Source: a virus | Taxonomy: Duplodnaviria; Caudoviricetes | Direction: 5' to 3' (one strand) | Virus record (IMG/VR): IMGVR_UViG_3300012952_003952 | Location: 96,001-160,000 of that record | Length of the DNA stretch: 64,000 nucleotides | Shown here: positions 21,851 through 33,000 of the stretch, piece after piece | Position numbering within the stretch: the stretch's first letter is position 1 | Layout of the letters: each line of letters starts with the position of its first letter | The notes under the pieces: model-generated | Told to the model about the DNA's origin: nothing | Database searches by the model: none | What the model saw: only the letters and a program-made list of their open reading frames with translations | Made by a program: the position numbers and the translations under genes

Positions 21851-23700
21851 TGTCTGATTCACAATCTATAAACGAAACCGATATAGGAGCTATTAGTTAC
21901 CCATCGATGGGAGGCTTTGTATTCGATGTTCCAGAACCAGGAGATTTTTCAGCTCAATTTATCTATAAAAGATATGTAGTTAACGAAAGATCTTCTACTA
22001 ATTCAGCTGTCTATGAAATGGTCGACGGCGTTCAAACATTTATAGAAGATGCTAGATATATTAACTTGATTATTAACCCGCCTTCTTCTACTAACCTCTT
22101 AGATAATGAAGAAACAATCGTTTTAACTGCTTCTCAAAAAGCTTCTTTAGTAGAAGCTTATATAAGCACAGTTAATTCTGAAGAAGATATTCAAGGATCG
22201 AAATTTTCAACTTTAACAATAGAAGATTCCGTAACAAGCGCAGATATTACAAACTCTATAATAGAAGCCGCAGCTACCCAAGCCGGCTTAACAACTTTAA
22301 GTATAAGTGATGCTTTAAGTTTAATGTCTACAAACAAAGAAACTTTAGACGTCGACGCACTGCTAAACGCAGCTGAAATTGGTTCAAGTGATCCATACAA
22401 ATTTTATGACCCCTCAGAAGGAACTCATGTTTCGTATTCTCAAGTAGAAAACCCATCATCATTTTCGATTAATTTTGCAATCAACAACAAGTTTTTAGCT
22501 GATATCTTAAAAACTTCGGAGTCAGCTAGTTTGAGCCCCCTTTTTGGAAAAATCAATGGAGATATTTCAACAGCAGAATCTCTTCAGATTACCGCTAGGT
22601 CATCTCAAAATTCGTCGATCTTGTCTATGGAAGATTATATGCCCACGATGCAAACTATTAGTGAGTCGACTACTTCAGATTCTTCTTCTGGTTTTTTGCC
22701 GGGTGTAGCATTTTTAGGATATATGATCCAAAAAAATGAAATCATTAATGGAGAAGAAGTTTTAGTAACTAATGCCTATCTTGACGGCGCATTTGAAGCT
22801 TCAGCAGAAGACACCACTACAGAGCTAAACGATTTTTTAGTCAAATATGGTTCAACTTACACATATAAAATCAAAACTTTATATCTTTTGAGATGGAATG
22901 AATATGCATCAACCGGAGAAACTACTCAAAAATACTCAATGGTGTCTTCGAGAAGCGCCCCCTTTGTTAAAGTGGAGTGCGTAGAAAAAATTCCACCTAC
23001 GCCTCCTAACGGAATAGAGTTTGTAAGACAGCAAAACGGTTCAATACAGCTTTTCTGGACTCCTGGATCAAATCCAACTGGCGATGTTGTAAAATACCAA
23101 GTTTTTAGAAGAAAGACAATTGATGAACCTTTTACGCTAATCAGGCAAATAGACTTTGACTACACAGAAGAGCAGGTGGAATCTCCAGAAACAGTACCGA
23201 GCCAGAGTATAATTAAGCAACCCTATGCCTGGTGCAATTTCTTTGATTATGAATTTGATAACTTTAGTGAATACATATATGCGGTATGTGCAGTAGATGC
23301 TCACCACTTAAGCTCTAATTATTCGCCGCAGTTTAAAGTCAAATACGACCAAACTGTAGGCAGACTAAAAGTCGATATGATTTCTCCTGAAGGCGCACCG
23401 AAACCGTACCCTAATTTTCTTTTACCAGAAATTCTCTTTGAAGATTCTGTTAAAGACAGCCTCCACAAGTATTTAGATATATATTTTACACCAAATTATT
23501 ATAAAATTAATGACGGAGACGGCGCCACAGCTAGCGATCCAATTGGAGATTATTCTTTTATTCCATTCGTAAATGACAGCGATGTTGGTGGAATTAGAAT
23601 GCAAATAATTAACTTAGATAGGCAAAATAGTAAAAATGTACATATAATCTTAAACAACGAGCTGGAAACAGACCCCGATGATGGCTCATACGTAACATAA
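21850..23700 (+). CDS. Structural protein with a fibronectin type III-like domain (616 aa)
   Basis: PPTPPNG...IQLFWTP...VVKYQVFRR...YIYAVCAVDAHHLSSNYS fits the FN3 pattern; TAATG coupling to the upstream gene. Confidence 0.6.
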   Translation: MSDSQSINETDIGAISYPSMGGFVFDVPEPGDFSAQFIYKRYVVNERSSTNSAVYEMVDGVQTFIEDARYINLIINPPSSTNLLDNEETIVLTASQKASLVEAYISTVNSEEDIQGSKFSTLTIEDSVTSADITNSIIEAAATQAGLTTLSISDALSLMSTNKETLDVDALLNAAEIGSSDPYKFYDPSEGTHVSYSQVENPSSFSINFAINNKFLADILKTSESASLSPLFGKINGDISTAESLQITARSSQNSSILSMEDYMPTMQTISESTTSDSSSGFLPGVAFLGYMIQKNEIINGEEVLVTNAYLDGAFEASAEDTTTELNDFLVKYGSTYTYKIKTLYLLRWNEYASTGETTQKYSMVSSRSAPFVKVECVEKIPPTPPNGIEFVRQQNGSIQLFWTPGSNPTGDVVKYQVFRRKTIDEPFTLIRQIDFDYTEEQVESPETVPSQSIIKQPYAWCNFFDYEFDNFSEYIYAVCAVDAHHLSSNYSPQFKVKYDQTVGRLKVDMISPEGAPKPYPNFLLPEILFEDSVKDSLHKYLDIYFTPNYYKINDGDGATASDPIGDYSFIPFVNDSDVGGIRMQIINLDRQNSKNVHIILNNELETDPDDGSYVT

Positions 23701-23797
23701 ACTTGACAAACTTTAAACGAAGTATTCTCTTGTTTATTGGGGACCAATATATTTATTTGATGATCATTATTACTATAATTAGAACAATGGAGAAAAA

Positions 23798-24508
23798 ATG
23801 GGATTTTTAGATCATTCTACTAACAACATTATCGTAGATGCAGTTTTAACTGACATTGGAAGAAAAAAATTAGCTGAAGGGACTTTTAGCATCGCAAAGT
23901 TTGCTTTAGGAGATGACGAAGTAGATTATAACATTATTAAACAGTTTGGCAGGACAGTTGGAAAAGAAAAAATAGAAAAAAATACTCCTGTGTTTGAAGC
24001 TCAAACGAACGCTGACTTAGGCCTCAAATATAAACTTCTTACCGTTTCTAATCCATATTTGACAAAATTGCCATATCTCACAGCTACTTCAGTGTCAAAT
24101 ACAGTTAATGCATTGCGCGGCCAAACGGCAACTATTACAGTAGAACAACTTCCAGATTCACTTTTTGCTAGTACTACTTCTACTGGAGCTTCAGATGTAA
24201 GAGACAGTGTATTTAACATAGAGTATGATGCTAGGTTTTTAGCCCTGGGTGGAACTGGCGCGTCGTCTATTGGTTCTAACAACATTGTTGTAGCAAAAAG
24301 GTCGACTGCAACCAGAAGATCAGCTTCTCAATGGGATGGTGCATCTTTAGTGTCTTCTCTAACTGTAGTCAGTTTTTCAGATTCTTATTTTGCATACTAC
24401 TCGTCAAATTCATCCAATGACGTCATAACAACTTACGTCGAATTCTCTGGCCAATTCAGTGGCCAAAGACTAGTTGTCCCAATTACTATTAAGAAATCTT
24501 CTACATGA
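23798..24508 (+). CDS. Putative baseplate / tail-fibre attachment protein (236 aa)
   Basis: GGAG SD; VLTDIGRKKLAEGTFSIAKFALGDD resembles the N-terminal part of tail-collar fibre (DUF3751-like) domains. Confidence 0.45.
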   Translation: MGFLDHSTNNIIVDAVLTDIGRKKLAEGTFSIAKFALGDDEVDYNIIKQFGRTVGKEKIEKNTPVFEAQTNADLGLKYKLLTVSNPYLTKLPYLTATSVSNTVNALRGQTATITVEQLPDSLFASTTSTGASDVRDSVFNIEYDARFLALGGTGASSIGSNNIVVAKRSTATRRSASQWDGASLVSSLTVVSFSDSYFAYYSSNSSNDVITTYVEFSGQFSGQRLVVPITIKKSST

Positions 24509-24565
24509 TGATTGCTTTTTGATATAAAGATGCTTTTTTAAAAGAGTTAACGGAGAAATTATTAA

Positions 24566-25960
24566 ATGCCAACTTTTACTACCTTAAGTACCACTGCTGG
24601 AGATGCTACTACTTCTACTAGCGATTTAACGCAACTTGTTGACGTAGTTCAAGAAGACATTTCTGGCTCAGGAACCAGAAGGTCTTACCAAGTTTTTGTC
24701 ACAGGAGGAATCGGGCCTGGAGTAACTTCTTCGCTGTTTCAAACCGTCTATGACCAAGATTTTTCATTACAAACTGCAAACGCTCTTTTGGATATGACAA
24801 TTGGGTTGTTTGGAGAATCTTCAGTAGTTACATCTGTCAGAACCGGCGTAGACTCTACTGGAAAAAGTCTTTTTCCATCTAGCTCTATAATGATGAGAGA
24901 AAAAGTATCCAATTATTCTCAGTACGCGCAAGTTCTCTTAGGAGACTCCACAGCTTCTTTTTACGCGCCTGGAATAACTAGACAATCAGATTTATCTACT
25001 AACTCTGCAACAGGTATAGAGGGAGATAGAATTGAACAAGCTCTTTTTGTAAACTTCCGCAGGCTATTTGCTAGAGACGAAATCAAAAAAGAGACTTTCG
25101 CTCTAAGACTATTCCAATCAGCTGCTTTTGATAATTTCGATTATTGGGAGTCTAATTCAAACAGGGCTTCTAAATCTGCAACAGCACTTCAGAAGGTGGG
25201 TTATTTTCTTACTGGAGCGGGTGGAGTCTTTAACGGTGTCGTAACCAGCAGCTGGAGAAGAAATATTGCCGTTAACTCAACCAGTGGGTCAACAATATAC
25301 GCTGATATCAACGCATCTACAAGACAACTTAAGTGCGATGGAGGAGACGTTGGATATCTAGTAAACACTAACAACACTAGTCAATATGCAGGTTTGATTT
25401 TTTACGATCAAGGAATAGCAGTTTTAGATATGGGTAAAGTGTTTATGCATAATCAACACATGTCTGGTGCAGTTTCTGCAATGAGAGCAGGAGCGGTTGT
25501 AGATGGCGCCGGAGCCTACGCTTTTACAGTAAAATCAGGTAAGACGCTGCTAGGTCCGACCATACCTAAATTTGCAGGTAATCCAAATGCAACGTTTATA
25601 CCAGATTTCATATGCTCTGGATCGATTGATGATATTGTGAATCATATATCCTCTACGAGATTTGGATCTGGAAGTTTAACTGCGGCAACATTTCAAAACG
25701 TAACAAAAATAAATTCAAATATTTATTTCTGTAGAGCTAAATCTACTGAGTACAATTATTCTTCTAATCCAACTTATACTGACACCAATGGTAATATTAA
25801 TGTAGTCAATGCAACTAGTAACGAGAGATCTTTTACTTATATTACCACGATTGGATTATATGATAGTTCGGGAGCTCTTCTTGCTGTCGCTAAGCTTTCT
25901 AGGCCAATTGAAAAGAATGACGAGAAAGATCTTACTTTGAGAGTACGCCTGGATTTCTAA
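24566..25960 (+). CDS. Putative baseplate structural protein (464 aa)
   Basis: C-terminal YITTIGLYDSSGALLAVAKLSRP resembles the C-terminal part of tail-collar fibre domains; C-terminus similar to 25974..28547. Confidence 0.45.
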   Translation: MPTFTTLSTTAGDATTSTSDLTQLVDVVQEDISGSGTRRSYQVFVTGGIGPGVTSSLFQTVYDQDFSLQTANALLDMTIGLFGESSVVTSVRTGVDSTGKSLFPSSSIMMREKVSNYSQYAQVLLGDSTASFYAPGITRQSDLSTNSATGIEGDRIEQALFVNFRRLFARDEIKKETFALRLFQSAAFDNFDYWESNSNRASKSATALQKVGYFLTGAGGVFNGVVTSSWRRNIAVNSTSGSTIYADINASTRQLKCDGGDVGYLVNTNNTSQYAGLIFYDQGIAVLDMGKVFMHNQHMSGAVSAMRAGAVVDGAGAYAFTVKSGKTLLGPTIPKFAGNPNATFIPDFICSGSIDDIVNHISSTRFGSGSLTAATFQNVTKINSNIYFCRAKSTEYNYSSNPTYTDTNGNINVVNATSNERSFTYITTIGLYDSSGALLAVAKLSRPIEKNDEKDLTLRVRLDF

Positions 25961-25973
25961 GCGATGGATTTAA

Positions 25974-28547
25974 ATGTCGATTATAGCATTAAACGAAAAA
26001 AACTTTGATGTCGTAACGCTACAGATGCACCCGAAGAGAACATTCTCTTCATCTTCTAGTGGCCTTACAGGCTCAGTGTTTGTGTATGCGCAAAGATCGA
26101 CTAGTATAAAAGACCAGGCTCTTCCTTCTGGATCTCTAACAGGATCAAATGGAGTTTTTTCAGACGAAAATATTACCACCCGCCAGATGAACACTTGGTA
26201 TGTTGCAGCCGAAGCGGAAAATAGAACCCAAGAAGGACTAAGGTATCCTAACGGAACCGATTTCACCCCGTCTACTGGAAACTCTAAACTTTTCCCATCT
26301 GCATCAGTACCATGGTCAGTATCAAGCGGATCTTTATCAGCAAGCTTTGTCACTTATTTAGACAGTGTATCTAATCTGGTAAAGTCGCCAAATTTAAAAA
26401 AGCAAGTAGAGATATTCCGGTTTCGCCCTGCTACAGTATTCAACTCTAACACAGTTAGAAAATCGATAGTGATAAACACGTTATCTGACTTTTATAGAAC
26501 CTCTATGCCAAATTCAGATTTTGGTTTTACGAACTATAATTCAATTAACTTTTTTACCGCATCTTCAGTTTCTCCAAATAGAGCGTTAATATATCCATCA
26601 CCAAGCCTTAGAGCAGTTCCCACTTCTGGAACTTTCGCTATCACCGGATCTTTTAACATAAGCTTTTATATAAATCCAAGATATACTACACCTAACCCTT
26701 ACGAAGACTTTAAAGCTGGTGTCATTGCGCATATGAGTTCATGCTACGCAGTATCTCTTCACACTGGGTCAGGAGTAAATCAGTATGGATATCCAAGCAC
26801 TTTTAGAATAGCGCTACAATTATCTCAATCTGCTGATACAAGACCTTCAGAGATCAATCTCAACATACTTAACAATAAGCGATCTTACCCGCAGGATATG
26901 ATTTTTGTGTCAGATGAACATTCTTTAACACATAAACATTGGCATCACGTATCTATAAATTTGGGCCTGGCTACTGTAGGAAAGGTTTCTAGGACTTGGG
27001 GAGGTACCGGCTCATTTTATATAGATGGAACAAAGCAGAAAAAATCTGATTTTATAGTCGCTTCAGAGTCAATAAACACACGCCACTTTCACGATTTTAA
27101 TCCCTTGTTTATAGGAAATTATTACGACGGGACAAATCAGGGAGCTTCATCTGTAAGAGCATTTTTTAATGCGACAGCTGCGAGTAAAGAAGGAGTAGAA
27201 AACTGGGGTCCAGGACACACTGAAGATCCTGCTTCTGCTCTTTTAAATCACCCGCTTAATGCAGAATTTCACGACTTTAGAATCTATGAAAGGCAACTTA
27301 CAACCAATGAGATAATAACTGCTTCTATTCAAGGTCCAACGCAAGAGCAATTTCAGAAAATTATTAAAATGTATTTGCCTCCCTTTTTCACCACAGGGAG
27401 CACAGCCCGGACCGTAATCAACACACCTTTCCAAGCTAAGAAACAATTTACGACTAAACCTTTTAATTCTTTTTTATCTTTTGATGTTGATGGAAGAGAC
27501 ATAAGTTTACAAAATTTCGTGAGAGAACATAGGCATAAAGTTTTTCCAAGGCTCTTTCACCTAACTAGTTCTGAAATATCTGACACAACTAAGAGTTGGC
27601 AAACTGCGAATAGGCTTCTTTATGAGTTTGGGGTCCAATCTTCATATGTCCGAGCGCGCAACTTAACTATTTTACCGTGCGACAACGGACTCTTTCGGCC
27701 AAACTTTAATTTATTGCTGACGCAGTCTGATCCATTCGGGCTTAAAGATATGACTCCAGAAACGAAAGCAGTTTCAGGAACTTTTGTATATCCTTATAGG
27801 AATGACCGTGGTATTATTGACCTCTCTTTAGTCACTTTAAGAGATATGCATGTGATGCCCACGTATATGACAGGAGTAATGCAAGAGTCTGGCCATGGAA
27901 CTACTTTTGCCGACGATGGCGAGCCAAGATATGTAGTGCAACTTACAGAGTCTAACGGCTGGACAAAAAACGCAACTCCCCAGATACTTCAACTGACTAG
28001 GGACAACACTTCAGACGAAATATGTTTTTTTGATGCTTCCAATTTGTTTTACGGGCAATCTATTAAAAAAGGTTCTTATAGTATACTTGATAAAGCAATT
28101 TCTGGCTCAAACACGAGAGTGTCTATAAGATTAAGAGACGATGGCAGGGGAAATATTTTCCGTTCTGACTGCTCAACTCCACCAGCAACTTGGAATTCAG
28201 TAGGAAATATTTACTACGACGAAGGAATAGTTTTGGTTAAAGCTCCAACCATTCCATTTTTTGGAAAAGATCAATTTGAAGTGGAGCTAGAAGGATTCCA
28301 AAACGTTCATATGCAAGAGATAAATGTTAATGCATATACAGGAAGAATTAACTCTTCTTCTAATTCGTCTTTCCGACCAATGCGACCAGACAATTATGCA
28401 AATTCAGTAGATGGAAACTTTGTGGCTATTAGTGAAATATTATTTCACGATGATAATCTTAATATTGTTGCTCGAGCTAAACTTGCACAACCGGTTGTAA
28501 AAAGATTAACAGATAAATACCTTTTTAGAGTAAAGATGGATTATTGA
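25974..28547 (+). CDS. Putative baseplate structural protein (857 aa), possibly with a LamG/concanavalin-like segment
   Basis: C-terminal ISEILFHDDNLNIVARAKLAQP parallels 24566..25960; the WHHVSI...FYIDG...EFHDFRIYERQLT pattern is LamG-like. Confidence 0.45.
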   Translation: MSIIALNEKNFDVVTLQMHPKRTFSSSSSGLTGSVFVYAQRSTSIKDQALPSGSLTGSNGVFSDENITTRQMNTWYVAAEAENRTQEGLRYPNGTDFTPSTGNSKLFPSASVPWSVSSGSLSASFVTYLDSVSNLVKSPNLKKQVEIFRFRPATVFNSNTVRKSIVINTLSDFYRTSMPNSDFGFTNYNSINFFTASSVSPNRALIYPSPSLRAVPTSGTFAITGSFNISFYINPRYTTPNPYEDFKAGVIAHMSSCYAVSLHTGSGVNQYGYPSTFRIALQLSQSADTRPSEINLNILNNKRSYPQDMIFVSDEHSLTHKHWHHVSINLGLATVGKVSRTWGGTGSFYIDGTKQKKSDFIVASESINTRHFHDFNPLFIGNYYDGTNQGASSVRAFFNATAASKEGVENWGPGHTEDPASALLNHPLNAEFHDFRIYERQLTTNEIITASIQGPTQEQFQKIIKMYLPPFFTTGSTARTVINTPFQAKKQFTTKPFNSFLSFDVDGRDISLQNFVREHRHKVFPRLFHLTSSEISDTTKSWQTANRLLYEFGVQSSYVRARNLTILPCDNGLFRPNFNLLLTQSDPFGLKDMTPETKAVSGTFVYPYRNDRGIIDLSLVTLRDMHVMPTYMTGVMQESGHGTTFADDGEPRYVVQLTESNGWTKNATPQILQLTRDNTSDEICFFDASNLFYGQSIKKGSYSILDKAISGSNTRVSIRLRDDGRGNIFRSDCSTPPATWNSVGNIYYDEGIVLVKAPTIPFFGKDQFEVELEGFQNVHMQEINVNAYTGRINSSSNSSFRPMRPDNYANSVDGNFVAISEILFHDDNLNIVARAKLAQPVVKRLTDKYLFRVKMDY

Positions 28548-29098
28548 TGATACTAGGGCTAGATGTTTCTACAAGCTGCACTGGATGGTGTTTGATAGAA
28601 GAAAAAAATTCTAAACTAGTAGATATTGGATTTATAAGTTTGGAAAAGCATAAGGGGGTATACTCTAAAGCTAAAATAGTGGAAAGAGTATTACAAGATA
28701 TTCTAGTGGGACACTTAGTTGAAAAAGTGTTTATAGAAGAGAACCTGCAAGCTTTTAGACCAGGGCTATCATCTGCAAAAACTCTTTCTACGCTGGCAAG
28801 ATTTAATGGAATAGTTTCTCTTTTGTGTTACCAAACTTTTGAACTCGAGCCAATCCACCTTAATGTTAATGCTGCTAGAAAATCATTGGGTATAAAAATA
28901 GAAAGACAATCTAAGTGTGGAAAGTCTACTAAAGAGCAAGTTGTTGAATGGGCTTCTGGAGAATTAAAAGATTTCCTTTGGCCAACTAAAGTCTTAAAAT
29001 CTGGCAAGCGTAAAGGCTTAGAGATATTAGACCCTGTAAGTTATGATATGGCAGATGCTTATGTTATCTCTAGAGCGGGAGTAGCACTTGAACAATAG
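28544..29098 (+). CDS. RuvC-like Holliday junction resolvase (184 aa)
   Basis: ILGLDVSTSCTGW, VFIEE and DMADAY provide the RNase H-fold acidic residues of RuvC-like resolvases; ATGA overlap with the upstream gene. Confidence 0.8.
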   Translation: MMILGLDVSTSCTGWCLIEEKNSKLVDIGFISLEKHKGVYSKAKIVERVLQDILVGHLVEKVFIEENLQAFRPGLSSAKTLSTLARFNGIVSLLCYQTFELEPIHLNVNAARKSLGIKIERQSKCGKSTKEQVVEWASGELKDFLWPTKVLKSGKRKGLEILDPVSYDMADAYVISRAGVALEQ

Positions 29099-29116
29099 CT
29101 TATAAGCTATTATTAT
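29088..29116 (+). promoter_or_regulatory. Candidate sigma70-type promoter whose spacer is an 18-bp perfect palindrome
   Basis: TTGAAC (29088-93), 17 nt, TATTAT (29111-16); palindrome AATAGCTTATAAGCTATT at 29094-29111; primase ATG 7 nt after the -10 element, no SD. Confidence 0.5.
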
Positions 29117-29123
29117 TAAATTA

Positions 29124-30083
29124 ATGCGTGAAGATTTAACTATCAGAGCAAGCTTTTTACAAGAAGTGTTTGGTAGCGGCATAATCAACGGCGAAAGCAT
29201 CGCCCTTACATGCCCTCAGTGTTCTAAAGACAGACCAGACAAAAAGAAGCTAATAGTGAAACTTACAGATGGAATGCACCACTGTTGGGTTTGCGGCCTG
29301 AAAGGAAAAACTCTTAAGTACACTATTAAAAAATTTGCTCCTAATAAATTTTCGAAATACAAGTCTATATTTGAAGACAGTCATGTAGAGGTAGAAAGTA
29401 AGCCAGAAGAAAAAATAGAAATCTCAATTCCCAACGGTTTTTTGTTATTAGCAGAAAATTTAAAATCTATAGATCCTGATATTAGAGACACTATAAATTA
29501 CGCTTACTCAAGAGGTTTATCTATAAAAGATTTGTGGTTTTATAAATTTGGAACGTGCCAATCTGGAAGCTTTAGACGAAGATTGATTATGCCATCTTTT
29601 GATGCCAGTGGAAAATTAAACTACTACACCGGCAGAAGCATCGATTCAGAAATTAATAGAAAATACTTAAACGCTAAAGCAAAGAAGAAAGACTTAATAT
29701 TTAACGAATTAAACATTAAGTGGGACGAAGAGCTTACGATAGTAGAGGGCCCTCTAGATTTAGTAAAGTGCAATTATAATGCAACATCAATTTTAGGCTC
29801 TTTTTTAGGAGAAAACTATATGCTGTTTCAAAATATCGTAAAAAATCGAACTCCAACTCTTTTAGCTTTAGACCCAGACGCTAAGTTTAAACAACAAAAA
29901 ATATGCAAAGCTTTATATTCTTATGGCATCAAAGTAAGAATTTTAGAACTAGAAGATCACGAAGACGTTGGAGAAATGTCAAGAGAGCAATTTTTAAAGC
30001 TACGTGAATCTGCCAAAGTTTGGAATCCCAGAGATATTTTAAAACAAAAAATAAAATCTATTAAAAGCGGATCTTTAGTATGA
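29124..30083 (+). CDS. DNA primase (zinc-binding + TOPRIM; DnaG/T4 gp61-like)
   Basis: CPQC...HCWVCG zinc ribbon; YYTGRSI, KYLN, IVEGPLD, LALDPDA and DVGEM TOPRIM motifs. Confidence 0.85.
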   Translation: MREDLTIRASFLQEVFGSGIINGESIALTCPQCSKDRPDKKKLIVKLTDGMHHCWVCGLKGKTLKYTIKKFAPNKFSKYKSIFEDSHVEVESKPEEKIEISIPNGFLLLAENLKSIDPDIRDTINYAYSRGLSIKDLWFYKFGTCQSGSFRRRLIMPSFDASGKLNYYTGRSIDSEINRKYLNAKAKKKDLIFNELNIKWDEELTIVEGPLDLVKCNYNATSILGSFLGENYMLFQNIVKNRTPTLLALDPDAKFKQQKICKALYSYGIKVRILELEDHEDVGEMSREQFLKLRESAKVWNPRDILKQKIKSIKSGSLV

Positions 30084-30092
30084 GGAGAATTA

Positions 30093-33000
30093 ATGTCTTT
30101 TAAATGTATACATCTGTCTGATGTCCATTTTCGTGGATTATCTAGACATGAAGAATATAGAGAGTCTTTTTTAGACTTTTTTGAAAAGGCTGAAAAAATA
30201 AAGCCAGACCTGATATATGTGGGTGGAGATATTGTACACTCAAAAACGCAAGGTATTTCTCCTGAGCTAATTGACATATTGTCTTGGTGGTTTGATAGTC
30301 TAGCTAAAATTGCACCTACCCATATCATCTTAGGGAACCATGATGGCTTGATATCGAATCCGCAGCGGCAAGATGCGATCTCTCCGATTATCAGCGCGCT
30401 CAACAATCCAAATTTACACCTCTATAAAGACTCAGGAGTTTATCCAACCGGAATTGAAGGATACAACTGGGCAGTTTTTTCGTGCTTCGACGAAGAGAAC
30501 TGGCCAAACGTTAAACCGATCAAGAAAGAAGTCAATATCGCTCTTTTCCACGGCGGCGTAATAGGATCTTTTACTGACATTAACTGGGAAATTGAAGGTG
30601 AAGTAGAGCACACCTTTTTTAAAGATTTTGAATTTGCTTTCCTTGGAGATATTCACAAGTTTCAGTTTTTGAATGAATCAAAAACTATAGCTTATCCAGG
30701 ATCGACAATCCAGCAAAACTATGGCGAAGATCCCGGAAAGGGATTCTTAGTCTGGGACATTCGATCACCCCAAGATTTCGATGTTGATTTTGTAGAAGTT
30801 TTTCATTCAAAACCATTTGTTACTATAAATTGGAAAGATACCGTTGTAGACACCGTCCAAGAAGCCAAGATCCACCCTAATGGGTCAAGGTTCAGAATCA
30901 AATCAGAATTTCAGATTCCTCAAGCAGAAATAAAGCATTTATATTCTGAACTAAAAGAAAAAAAGCAAGCTTCTGAAATTGTTTTTAAGTTTGACGATGT
31001 TAAATCGCAAGTAATAGAAGCATCTGACGATTCAAGTACTATAAATTTAAGAGACCCATCAGTTATCTTAGATCTTCTTAAGCAATACTATAAAGATGTT
31101 GAAGTTTCAGATGAAGAATGGGTAGAGATCTCTAATATGCTAAAGAAATATTGCTCTAATATAGCTACTCACGATTCTCCTAGAAATGTTAAATGGTCTT
31201 TAAAGAATATGAAGTTTGATAATATTTTTTCTTATGGAAAAAACAACAACATAAATTTTGATTCTCTTCATGGCGTTGTTGGTCTTTTTGGAAAAAATAG
31301 ATCTGGAAAATCTTCTATTCCAGCCGCTATAATGTATGGTCTTTATAACACAACAGATCGTGGATCAATTAAAAATCTGCATGTAATCAATACTCGAAAA
31401 GGCCACTGCAAAGTAGAGCTAGATTTCTCAGTAAATGGAATTTGCCATAGGCTAGAAAGGCAATCAGTTAAGCATCAAAATCGCCGCGGAGCCGTGAACG
31501 CAGTCACCCACCTAAACCTTTACCGTATAGAACCTAATGGAAACCTCACTGATTTAACTGGCGGTCAACGTAGGGAAACTGACACCGTTCTAAGATCACT
31601 CGTTGGCACCTACGAAGACTTTCTGCTTACTTCTTTTGCTTCACAAGGAGGGATAAACACTTTCATCAAACATAGAGCAACAAAAAGAAAAGAAATTCTT
31701 GCTAGCTTTTTAGAATTAGATATATTTGAAAAAATTCTAAACTCTTCTAAAGAAGATTCGATTCACATAAAAGCTCTTTTAGATAAATCTCCAGAAAGGG
31801 AATGGAACACACTTATATTAGAAAAAGGTCTAAAGCTAAAAGAGCTGAAAGATACAAGAACAGAAATCGATCAAAATTTGGCTGGGATGAACACGAGAAT
31901 ACAACAGCTAAAACTAGAGTCTGCAACGAGTTCTTCAGGGCTTATTACTGAAGCAGACATTAAAAAACTAAAAATAGAAATAGAAGAAAACAAAAAGAAG
32001 ATAAAGCAATATACTTCTAATGTAGAAAATAACGACATTAGTATTAATAACATAGACGCAAAACTTGAGAAAATAGAATCTATAAGAAAACAATTTCCAA
32101 TCAAAGAACTGAAAGAAAGGCATGCGGCACAACTAGAGTTAGAAAAAACTCTTCTAGTCTTAGAAGGAAATTTAGATCAAGAAAATTCTAACTTAAAAAA
32201 TAAGAAAGATTCTATTTCTTTATTAGATCAAGTTCCTTGTGGAGACAAGTTTCCAACTTGTAAGTTTATAAAGCGTTCTCACCAAGATAAAGATTCTCTG
32301 TCAGAGCAAATAAATTCGATAGAAGAAATTTCTGAAAAAATAAAAGCAGCAAAAAAATCATTTGAAATTCTGCTTAAAGAAGATTTAAAATCTAAGATAG
32401 ATAAATATCAGAGCTTATTAGAAAAAGAAAGTAATTTTAAAATTGAAAAATCTACTATCGAAGCGAAATCTAGAGAGTCAGAAAACGCTATTTCAAGAGT
32501 TACGTCTCTTCTTGAAGCTTTAAAAACAGAATACAAAAATTCTAAAGGAAAAGTTGATAACTCAGAAAAATCTAACAAGATTAATTCTATAAAATTAGAG
32601 CTCATGGATCTAGAAAGCAAAGCGAGAGATTTAGATGCTAAAAGAATGAGCACTAGCGAAACCATCGGCCTTACTACTTCAGAATTAGAAAATTTAAAAG
32701 AAGAAAAAACTAATTATGAAAATCTTTTGATGGAATGGAGAATTTATGAATTGGTAATGAGTGGAGTAAACAAAAAAGGAATCCCGCTTCAGATTTTAAT
32801 GACTCAACTTCCAAAAATTAATAAAGAAATAGCTAAAATTCTTCATGGTGTAGTAGAGTTTACTGTAGAGTTAGAAGCAGACCTAAATTCTAACTCGATG
32901 GATGTGTTTATCAATTACGGAGATTCTAAAAGAATAATTGAGTGCGCTTCAGGGATGGAAAAAATGATATCCTCTATTGCTATTAGAGTAGCTTTAATTA

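Noticed and set aside
23703-23728. TTGACA as a sigma70 -35 element
   Set aside because: The nearest -10-like hexamer (TATTCT) is only 14 nt away.
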